The position numbers and the translations under genes are program-made. The notes beneath the pieces are model-generated. The model worked only from the letters and a program-made list of their open reading frames with translations, did no database searches and was not told the DNA's origin. A stretch of 64,000 nt of DNA from a virus, in IMG/VR virus record IMGVR_UViG_3300046361_000034, positions 1 through 64,000 of that record; one strand, written 5' to 3'. Positions 8,559 to 16,408 of this stretch are shown in pieces (the first letter of the stretch is position 1; each line of letters opens with the position of its first letter).

Positions 8559-8676
8559 CATGAGTAGGTTCATGTTAATCATACTTAATCCAACCCTGCT
8601 TCTGTCAGTTTACACCTCTGCATCTCCCTAGATTACAGTCAGTCATAACTCCAGTCCCATCAACTCCATTATCATC

Positions 8677-9258
8677 TTACTTTTTATCAATAAGTCCCTC
8701 AATTTCATTATTAATCTGTACTTTCTTTACTCTCTTACGTCGTTCTTCAGATGTAACAATCTTACCACCAGTATTATCTACGGCATCACAATCCGTAACC
8801 TTATCAACATCAGTTGATTTACCAATAGGTTCAAATGCTAAAGGGTATTTATCCTTTAATTCTTCTTCAGATTTAACACCAGTAGGCTTAATAAACGACT
8901 CAGCCCAATCTTTTACAGATGTATCATCTTTAACATCATCCATTGTAACTTCTCTAGTCTTAACTTTAAGTTTATTCATAACTTCTCTAATCATCTTTAA
9001 AGTTTCTTCTACAGATTTTTCTTCCTTATCGGCTTTATATTTCTTATAGATTATATCTATATTAATATAAAGTAAGAATATAAAGAATATAAGTTGAGCT
9101 ACATTAGAATATATTGTAGCAGCTTTGAGTTTATATAACTCAATGGTGGTTACATCAATTGTAAGTGTTTCAGATATATCATATATGCATAATATGATTA
9201 ATAGTGAGTTTACTATTGTAATTAGTATCATAAATACTATAAAGTTTGTTAATTTCAT
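8677..9258 (-). CDS. membrane protein, 2 TM segments plus charged C-terminal tail (probable start MKLTNF at 9258)
   Basis: Two long hydrophobic segments; the upstream extension in the ORF track overlaps hairpins and is unlikely to be coding. Confidence 0.7.
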   Translation of the reverse strand: MKLTNFIVFMILITIVNSLLIILCIYDISETLTIDVTTIELYKLKAATIYSNVAQLIFFIFLLYINIDIIYKKYKADKEEKSVEETLKMIREVMNKLKVKTREVTMDDVKDDTSVKDWAESFIKPTGVKSEEELKDKYPLAFEPIGKSTDVDKVTDCDAVDNTGGKIVTSEERRKRVKKVQINNEIEGLIDKK

Positions 9259-9305
9259 GGTTGTTATTATTAAGTGATTTGTTATTAGTTTTAAATGTGA
9301 GTCTA

Positions 9306-9390
9306 TTAAGACAACGGTCTTAAGTGGTGGCTGTACTGCCAATAGTAGTAACATATGCACCTACGTTATGCAGGTGCAATATGTCTACTA
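9306..9390 (-). promoter_or_regulatory. three tandem hairpins in the 3' UTR of the first leftward gene
   Basis: TAGTAG-ACATAT-GCACCT/AGGTGC-ATATGT-CTACTA (9343-9390), TGGC/GCCA (9328-9341), TTAAGAC/GTCTTAA (9306-9323). Confidence 0.6.
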
Positions 9391-9400
9391 ACTTAATCAA

Positions 9401-10021
9401 TTACTTTTTACTTGTTGCAGTTGCAGGTGCAAATGCCTCAGAAGCCTCAGGTGTTGGAAGAGCTTTAGGATCTTCATCAAGAGGGACTTCACGAACTTGT
9501 GCAACAGGTGCTCCTAATGAAACACCAAATGCTGATGCAAATGCGTTAGCAATTTTACTTGCAACGTTATCCATAAGTTCATCATTTTGTGTTAATGGAA
9601 TAGTTAAGAAGCCCTCAACCCAAACACCGTCTTTAGTTGCTTTAAGAGAACCACCCTCTTTAACTTTACCAAAAGCCTCGTGAGAAGGGTCAACAAGTGC
9701 AGGATGATTACCTGTAACAATATATTCATCTCCAGCTTTAACTGCTTTGATATCTCCAACAAGAGTTTTACCATTACAATACATTAAAGCTTTAATGAAT
9801 TTCTCTTTAGTACCTTGCGATACACCCTCAACTCCTCTACTAAACTCTTTAGCATCGATGTCTAATGCTCTACCAGAATTCTGTAAATCAGTAATTGCTT
9901 GTCTAGGATTACGTACAATACTGTCGTGTCCTGCCACATCAAATACTACAATTGGTTTGTCGATGTTAAAAATTGTTCTAACACCTACGATTTGCAATGT
10001 TGTTTTCATAATGAAATACAT
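9401..10021 (-). CDS. hypothetical protein, first gene of the leftward unit
   Basis: 206 aa (alternative start MKTT at 10009); Ala/Pro/Glu-rich flexible C-terminal tail; higher GC than neighbours. Confidence 0.8.
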   Translation of the reverse strand: MYFIMKTTLQIVGVRTIFNIDKPIVVFDVAGHDSIVRNPRQAITDLQNSGRALDIDAKEFSRGVEGVSQGTKEKFIKALMYCNGKTLVGDIKAVKAGDEYIVTGNHPALVDPSHEAFGKVKEGGSLKATKDGVWVEGFLTIPLTQNDELMDNVASKIANAFASAFGVSLGAPVAQVREVPLDEDPKALPTPEASEAFAPATATSKK

Positions 10022-10269
10022 TTAATTTAATAATACAAAGTTCATACTGTATAGGTCGTGATACAGCTACACGTTAATTATAATGTGGTCAATGACTAAA
10101 ATGAAGTTGAAGTCTATGACTAATGTTAACTTTAAAACTATATTTATCAATATGAGCATTATGCTCTTGACTATTATATGGTATAAACATAGGGGGAAGT
10201 TTCAATCCCGCAAAACTTGGTGGGGGTTCATGTAGGGTGGGTTCATGTGTGCGTACTTCATATATAAAG

Positions 10270-10499
10270 TACCCTATACCTCAACATCCTTATCAATTCC
10301 CTCTCATCTATTTCCCTTACCAATAATCACCATCTTCTTCATCATCATCATCTAATCCACAATCTTCATAATCTCCAATATCTCCCTCATAATCTCAATC
10401 CCCATAATCCTCTCCATTTCCAAAATCTCTAATATCATTCCATTACCTAATCTCAAATCCTCACTCAAATCCACCATTTCCATCATCAAAACTCTCCTC
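10270..10499 (+). repeat. 230-nt tract with no G on the plus strand; recurring AATC motif
   Basis: No G between 10270 and 10499; about ten AATC cores (reverse complement of the GATT core of the 8383-8558 tract). Confidence 0.9.
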
Positions 10500-10522
10500 G
10501 CATATAAGTTTACATAAAGCTA

Positions 10523-10611
10523 TATCAGTTCTACTACCATTATCGTACCTAACATCATTATTATATATAATATACCTATCAGTATATTTATTAATATTAT
10601 ATCAGTATATT
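10523..10611 (+). repeat. direct repeats TATCAGT(ATATT) in an AT-rich region, iteron-like
   Basis: TATCAGTATATT at 10577-10588 and 10600-10611; TATCAGT at 10523-10529. Confidence 0.55.
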
Positions 10612-10689
10612 CTTACATAAATGCGTGGGTGTGGTAGAGGTTAAAATTAAATATATAATAATATATAATGTAGTAAATACAATGTATGA

Positions 10690-10809
10690 TTGCCTTTAGG
10701 AGAAACTCTTGGTGTTACTTATGTAAATTATTATATAATATATATAGTAATTCAGAATATTATGCTATATTTGTACACCGACTACACCAATAACCACTCC
10801 TAAAGGCAA
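10690..10809. repeat. nested inverted repeats flanking the putative late promoter
   Basis: TTGCCTTTAGGAG(10690-10702)/CTCCTAAAGGCAA(10797-10809), perfect 13 bp; TTGGTGT(10709-10715)/ACACCAA(10784-10790). Confidence 0.8.
10766..10773 (+). promoter_or_regulatory. Bacteroidota sigma70 -7 element, candidate late promoter
   Basis: TATATTTG matches TAnnTTTG, 74 nt upstream of the first plus-strand ATG; no clear -33 TTTG. Confidence 0.5.
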
Positions 10810-10846
10810 ATATCCACAAAAACATCAACTTAAATCTACTGATAAT

Positions 10847-11305
10847 ATGCGACATCAAACTCTTATACAAACTACTACAACTATTAATAAAATATTAGTA
10901 CTTATGACTAATCAAGCCTATGCTAATAATCATAAACTTACTTATAAGGTAATTTGGCTTAAAGGAGATCAAGTTATTGCTGATGTAGATAATAAGGCAA
11001 CTAAGAATTATTATAAATTTAGATTTTATCTTATTGATAAGACTAATAGTCCTACTGGTAAAGAAGTTGATTTACTTATTAATTATTATCCTATTAAACA
11101 AGGTATTCAATCTTTAGAACATCTTGAAGAAGCTGCATATAATGAATTTTTGTTTAATGGTGTAATATCTTTAGCAAATATTAGTTATGCTTTACATCTA
11201 AAATCTTTAGAAAAAGAAGCTGTAAAAGCCGAAGATATTAAAATAGATGAAAAGATTGAGCAACTTAAAAAATCTGTTGAAACTCCTAAACTATATGTAC
11301 CATAA
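10847..11305 (+). CDS. hypothetical protein, first gene of the virion operon
   Basis: 152-aa ORF (alternative start MTNQ); stop overlaps the next ATG. Confidence 0.75.
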   Translation: MRHQTLIQTTTTINKILVLMTNQAYANNHKLTYKVIWLKGDQVIADVDNKATKNYYKFRFYLIDKTNSPTGKEVDLLINYYPIKQGIQSLEHLEEAAYNEFLFNGVISLANISYALHLKSLEKEAVKAEDIKIDEKIEQLKKSVETPKLYVP

Positions 11306-11742
11306 TGATATTAGATAATACCTTAACAAAAATTATTAATATTGTCATACAAGAAGTTAAAGATAAGTATGATGTAGAATATTCTGTTGAGCAAATCTTT
11401 AATATTGTAAATACTCAAATGGAAGCTACTAAACTTGGATTTGTTAAAGGTATTACTGTACATTGGTCAAGATTTGGTAAATTTGTTTATAGTAAAAGAT
11501 ATGATAGAAAAATGGAAACTATTAGATATTCTAGAGAACTTGAACAGCAAGAACAATCTTTAGAATTATCTGCTCAAGATAGAGAACAACTGTTAAAAGA
11601 ATATATTGTAACAAAAGCTAAAGAGAAAGATAAGTTTCATAAAGAATCTAATAAATGGTATTTTCCTCATACAGATTTAAAAACTGTTATGGCAACTGAT
11701 GATAAAAATAAAATACAAGTAAAGTTTAAATTATTAAATTAA
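11305..11742 (+). CDS. HU/IHF-like DNA-binding protein
   Basis: SVEQIFNIVNTQMEATKLGFVKGITVHWSRFGKF resembles the HU helix-2 / V-x-x-x-x-FGxF signature. Confidence 0.6.
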   Translation: MILDNTLTKIINIVIQEVKDKYDVEYSVEQIFNIVNTQMEATKLGFVKGITVHWSRFGKFVYSKRYDRKMETIRYSRELEQQEQSLELSAQDREQLLKEYIVTKAKEKDKFHKESNKWYFPHTDLKTVMATDDKNKIQVKFKLLN

Positions 11743-11748
11743 TTATCT

Positions 11749-12417
11749 ATGGGACTTATTAATACATTATTTTATCTTGAGGCTAATGGTGATTTTGTTG
11801 TAAATAAACCAGAAGCTAAAAAAATTAAAGAGTATGCTATACTATTTAAAAGGGATAAGGAACTTGATGGTTCTAATAGTAGATTAGCTTGTAATGAGAT
11901 GTATATGATATATCTTATACATGATGTTAGAAGTGCTTATTATAATTTAGACTATAATACTAAATTTGAAAAAGCTAAAGAAGATGTTAAGATTCATGAA
12001 CGATGGAAACCTGATGTTGCTTGGTTAGCTGCTTGTGAAAAATATAAAGAAGATTTTCAACTTACTGCTGCTGGTAAAGCTTTCATAACTGCTGAACGTG
12101 CTTACTATTCTATGACTACTGATGTTGCTGAAATGCAGGAAGAAATTATAGAACATAAAGTACTATTAAGTAAGGTACTTAAAAAGGTTAAAAGTTTAGG
12201 TACAAGAAGTGATGATATTACTACTGTAACATTAATTAATGAATCTACTGCACTTATGAGAGAAATTACTAATGTACAGAAAGAAATGTATAATATTATT
12301 AAAACTTTTGAGCAATTAGGAAAAACTGTTAAAGAACTTGCAACTAAGTTTGTTGAAGAAGGTGGTAATCTTAAAATTCCAGTAGGAGGTGGAACTCTTG
12401 GTAATCGAGAGGAATAA
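11749..12417 (+). CDS. conserved crAss-like helical protein, candidate terminase small subunit
   Basis: WKPD...AACEKYKE, coiled coil, C-terminal GGG; located upstream of TerL; TerS role is inference. Confidence 0.45.
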   Translation: MGLINTLFYLEANGDFVVNKPEAKKIKEYAILFKRDKELDGSNSRLACNEMYMIYLIHDVRSAYYNLDYNTKFEKAKEDVKIHERWKPDVAWLAACEKYKEDFQLTAAGKAFITAERAYYSMTTDVAEMQEEIIEHKVLLSKVLKKVKSLGTRSDDITTVTLINESTALMREITNVQKEMYNIIKTFEQLGKTVKELATKFVEEGGNLKIPVGGGTLGNREE

Positions 12418-12422
12418 TAAAT

Positions 12423-12707
12423 ATGTTAGTACTATTACCTATAGAAAATATACATCCTTTAACTAATAATAGTTTAGGAAAAAAAGCTGCTTTAGTTAAC
12501 CTATCTGATGCAGGAATATTAAGTATTGATGAAGATACTGAAACAGGTTATGCTACTATTAGATATCATAGTAATGCTGTTGTAAAAACATTTATGTCTT
12601 TTATACAATTGCTTGATATATTAGTACAACAAGGTAGGGTAGAAGTATCTGGTTATGCTATTACTGCTGTACACTCAAAAAATGTTAAATCTTATTTTAA
12701 ATTATAA
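12423..12707 (+). CDS. hypothetical protein
   Basis: 94-aa ORF in the operon. Confidence 0.7.
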   Translation: MLVLLPIENIHPLTNNSLGKKAALVNLSDAGILSIDEDTETGYATIRYHSNAVVKTFMSFIQLLDILVQQGRVEVSGYAITAVHSKNVKSYFKL

Positions 12708-12709
12708 TT

Positions 12710-13672
12710 ATGGCTGTACAAGAAATTGATATATTATTTGATGAAGCTCAGCATAAGTATTATGATAGAGATAATAATGTATATACTTCGGTAACTACTC
12801 TTATAGGTAAATATACAGACACATTTGATGGAGAGTATTGGTCTATGTACACTGCTCTTAAAAATCATGGTTATAGAGTTAAACAATCTGATAGTCCTGC
12901 TAAACAAAGATTTATTCTTGTATCTGGACATAAAAATAAATTATCTGATTTATATAAGGATAGTTTATTTAAAGCTTGGGCTGAAGAAGTTGTTGCTGTA
13001 TGGAAAGGTATTAATCTTGAAGCGTGTCTAAGAGGTAATATGACACATAACTTATTAGAAAATAGTATTAATATTAGTAAAGGTGATAATAATGGTAGTA
13101 CTAATAATTATATTAAACCTAATATTGGTAAAAGAACTATTCAAACTATTCACGACTTAGATAAAACTGAATTAAAAACTACCCACCCTATTGTATATAA
13201 TAGATTAGGTGGCTATATTGAAAGAGGTTTTTCTGTATTTGCTGAAAAAAGAGTTTATCTTTCTGACTTTAGTATTGCAGGTATGATTGATGTACCCCTT
13301 ATTAAAGATAAATATTTTGCTATATTAGATTGGAAAACTAATAAAGATGTTATGCATGAAACTACTGGTTATTATAAAAAAATATTAGTAGGTGGTAAAT
13401 GGATTAAATCTGATAAATGGATAGAAACTGATGATAGACTTAAGTATCCATTAGATATGCTTCCTTCATCTAAATTTCATATTTATGCTTTACAGTTATC
13501 TTTATATGCTTATATACTTGAACAATGGGGATATATTTTACTTAATAATGGTTTAGAAATATTACATTTTCCTTTAGGATTAGAACCTAAACTTATTAAA
13601 GTTCCTTATCTTAAACAAGAAGTAGAAATTATGTTACACCATCATAAACAAAATATACTAATAGCATCATGA
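12710..13672 (+). CDS. PD-(D/E)xK (RecB/Cas4-like) nuclease
   Basis: FDEAQHKY, SVTT, RGNMTH, AEKRV...IAGMID, ILDWKT, YALQLSLY. Confidence 0.85.
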   Translation: MAVQEIDILFDEAQHKYYDRDNNVYTSVTTLIGKYTDTFDGEYWSMYTALKNHGYRVKQSDSPAKQRFILVSGHKNKLSDLYKDSLFKAWAEEVVAVWKGINLEACLRGNMTHNLLENSINISKGDNNGSTNNYIKPNIGKRTIQTIHDLDKTELKTTHPIVYNRLGGYIERGFSVFAEKRVYLSDFSIAGMIDVPLIKDKYFAILDWKTNKDVMHETTGYYKKILVGGKWIKSDKWIETDDRLKYPLDMLPSSKFHIYALQLSLYAYILEQWGYILLNNGLEILHFPLGLEPKLIKVPYLKQEVEIMLHHHKQNILIAS

Positions 13673-14136
13673 GAAGAGCCTTATTTATAACATTAGATAA
13701 TACTTTAATATCTACTAGAAGTGGACAAAAGTATGCTTTACATAGTGAAGATTGGAAACTTAATCTTCAAGTTGTTGAAGCTATAAGAGAATTTACAGAT
13801 AAAAGTTACCTTATATTTATTATTACAAATCAAGTTCAAATAGAACAAGGTCTTGTTAATGAAAAAACATTTAATAGAAAATTAGATTTAATTACTTCTA
13901 CTTTAGAAAAAGATTTAAAATTAAAGAAAGGGAGTATTACTTGTGAATATTGTACAAATTCTTCTGAGTTTAAATATCTTCCTAATCCTGGAATGATATA
14001 TCAACTTGCATTAGAGTTTGAGTTAAGTGTTAAAGAGTCTTATTTTATTGGTAATTCTGAATTTGATAAAACATTAATGAGATACTCTGGTATTGGTACT
14101 TATATTAATGCATCTGAATTAACTTATTCTGTTTAA
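13669..14136 (+). CDS. HAD-IIIA (polynucleotide 3'-phosphatase-like) protein, catalytically degenerate
   Basis: FITLDNTLISTRSG...EDWK, ITNQ, LPNPGM, SYFIGN; motif I Asp, motif III Lys and motif IV Asp are replaced. Confidence 0.8.
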   Translation: MRRALFITLDNTLISTRSGQKYALHSEDWKLNLQVVEAIREFTDKSYLIFIITNQVQIEQGLVNEKTFNRKLDLITSTLEKDLKLKKGSITCEYCTNSSEFKYLPNPGMIYQLALEFELSVKESYFIGNSEFDKTLMRYSGIGTYINASELTYSV

Positions 14137-14138
14137 TT

Positions 14139-16406
14139 ATGAGAAGTATTAATTCAAAAGCATTTGAACAAGTAGCATCATTAGGAGATTCTATACATAA
14201 TCTAAAACGTTGTCCTATTAGTGGAATATACACAACACCTTATGTTGAGAAGCCATTAGATACATATACTGAAGAATCTTTAGGATTGACTATGTTTGGT
14301 GCAGATGATATTGCATTTTGTAACACTAACGAATTTACTTCTACAGGCAAAGAGTTTATTAAGTCAGGAAAATACACTAAAGCTCATCCTGTATATGATC
14401 GTGCAGAATATAATGCTTTTTGGGATGAAGAAGAAAGACGTTGTCGTGATGGTTATACTGTGCCAGGAAAACTTATAAAAGTTGATGGAGAATATAAACT
14501 TCAAGACATACATATTACTGGAGAACATTATGGGTATCTTAACTTTGCAGAAATTAAACGTTCTAAAGGGTTTGAAAAATCTAATGGTGTTCTCCTTTCT
14601 GCTAGTGGGGAACCTATAAATAAAGTTAATCAAAGTACTTCTGCAAAAGATTTTTATCTTCCTGATTTTTGGGATGGAGATTATTATTTTTTTAAAGCTA
14701 TTGAATTATGTAGACATATAGGTAAACATCTTGTAGTGGGTAAAGCTAGACGTAAAGGGTACTCTTATAAGAATGGTTGGCTTGTTGCAAATAAAGCTAA
14801 TTTATATAGACGTAGTAATTCAGTTGTAGGTGCTTATGATGCTGCATCATTATTTGATGATGGTACTATGGTTAAAGTAATGAATTATCTTGACTTTATT
14901 AATAAGAATACTGATTGGAAAAAGCGTAGACTTCATAATACTCTTGAACATATACAAGTAGGTTATCGTCTTAAAGGTGAAGCTGAGATATATGGGTATA
15001 ATAGTCAAATACATACAGCTGTACTTAAAGGTAATCCTGGAGGTATGCGTGGTAAAGATGCTGATTTACTTTTACTTGAGGAAGCAGGGAAATGTCCTAA
15101 TATGTCTGAGATTCTTGATGCTACATTAAAAACTCTTACTGATGGTATTCATACTACTGGATTATTTATTACATTTGGTACAGGTGGTGGTGATGATAAT
15201 CAATGGCAAGGATTTGAAGATTTATTTTATGAAGCCTATACTAGAAATTTTGTTATGTTTGAAAATATATGGGATGATGATATGCAAGGAACTGGATGTG
15301 GTTATTTTCATCCTAGTTTTATGAATAAACCTGGACTTATTGATGTTCATGGAAATAGTGATATTGTTAAGACTCTTGCTTTTGATGATTTAGATTTTGC
15401 TAAGATTAAACATGATCCTAAGAAAACTAATGCACTTGAGATGGAAGAACCTAGAAAACCTTCTCAAGCATTTAGTCGTGCATCTAATAGTATTTTTCCT
15501 GCTAAAGATGTTGATGAGCAATTAAGACGTGTTCTTAGAGACCCTACATTACAAGGTATAGGTAGAGAGGGTATATTTATACAAGGAGTAAAAGGAGTTA
15601 AATTTATAGATAGAACATCTGCAGAAGATCTTCAAAAAGATTTAATTCCTCCTGCTGTAAATATGTATCCTTCTAAACCATCAGATGATTTACGAGGTTG
15701 TTGGATATTATATGATATGCCTTTTAGAGATGAAACTGGTAATATTCCTGATGGATTATATACTAGTTGGAATGATCCTTATGGTATATCTAAAGAAAAA
15801 GAATATTATAGTGTAAAAGATTCTCTTGGTTGTACTATGATATATGAAAATGGAAATAATTTTACTCCTACTAAAGGGGAAAGATTAGTAGCAATGTTTG
15901 TAGGTAGACGTGAAGATACTGAAGAATATGATGACCAAATGTTTCTTGGTATACAATATTTTAATGCTAAATTATTATATGAAAATGATAGAGGTGATGT
16001 ATATAGTAATGCAAAGAAAAGGGGGTTGTTAGAGCTATTAAAAGATGAACCCGAATTCCAATATCAAAAGTCCCTACAAAAGGGCGGTGGTGGGCGTAAA
16101 AAGGGTATCTCCATAGCGGGAAACCTCAACCGAAAACTCAACGGTGTGGTATATTTAAAAAATCATTTAATACAAGAGCGTGGAACTGATACTAACGGTA
16201 ATAAATTACTAAATTTGCATTATATTTATGATGCTGGTTATTTAAGAGAATTACTTAAATATGATGGTAAACGTAATACTGATAGAGTATCTTGTGCTAT
16301 TGTTGGTATGTTTGATATACGTGAAACTTTAAATAAAGGTATTGTTCCTGAGAAAGCTAGAACAAATAATGTTAATGATAATTACTTTAACGATTTATAT
16401 AATTAA
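14139..16406 (+). CDS. terL: terminase large subunit
   Basis: KARRKGYS (Walker A), LLLEEAG (Walker B), FGTGG, nuclease DPY, YENDRG, NTDRVS; immediately before the portal. Confidence 0.93.
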   Translation: MRSINSKAFEQVASLGDSIHNLKRCPISGIYTTPYVEKPLDTYTEESLGLTMFGADDIAFCNTNEFTSTGKEFIKSGKYTKAHPVYDRAEYNAFWDEEERRCRDGYTVPGKLIKVDGEYKLQDIHITGEHYGYLNFAEIKRSKGFEKSNGVLLSASGEPINKVNQSTSAKDFYLPDFWDGDYYFFKAIELCRHIGKHLVVGKARRKGYSYKNGWLVANKANLYRRSNSVVGAYDAASLFDDGTMVKVMNYLDFINKNTDWKKRRLHNTLEHIQVGYRLKGEAEIYGYNSQIHTAVLKGNPGGMRGKDADLLLLEEAGKCPNMSEILDATLKTLTDGIHTTGLFITFGTGGGDDNQWQGFEDLFYEAYTRNFVMFENIWDDDMQGTGCGYFHPSFMNKPGLIDVHGNSDIVKTLAFDDLDFAKIKHDPKKTNALEMEEPRKPSQAFSRASNSIFPAKDVDEQLRRVLRDPTLQGIGREGIFIQGVKGVKFIDRTSAEDLQKDLIPPAVNMYPSKPSDDLRGCWILYDMPFRDETGNIPDGLYTSWNDPYGISKEKEYYSVKDSLGCTMIYENGNNFTPTKGERLVAMFVGRREDTEEYDDQMFLGIQYFNAKLLYENDRGDVYSNAKKRGLLELLKDEPEFQYQKSLQKGGGGRKKGISIAGNLNRKLNGVVYLKNHLIQERGTDTNGNKLLNLHYIYDAGYLRELLKYDGKRNTDRVSCAIVGMFDIRETLNKGIVPEKARTNNVNDNYFNDLYN

Positions 16407-16408
16407 CT

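Noticed and set aside
8577-8676. Long-range pairing of the C-rich segment with the C-free tract
   Set aside because: The partial complementarities (8577-8597 with 8425-8447; 8656-8676 with 8504-8524) are not nested and can arise from shared low complexity
9324-10025. Plus-strand ORFs 9324-9683 and 9747-10025
   Set aside because: Antisense shadows of the 9401-10021 gene
12710-13672. Cas4 / CRISPR adaptation role for the PD-(D/E)xK nuclease
   Set aside because: Lacks the four-Cys Fe-S cluster pattern of Cas4, and no array is present
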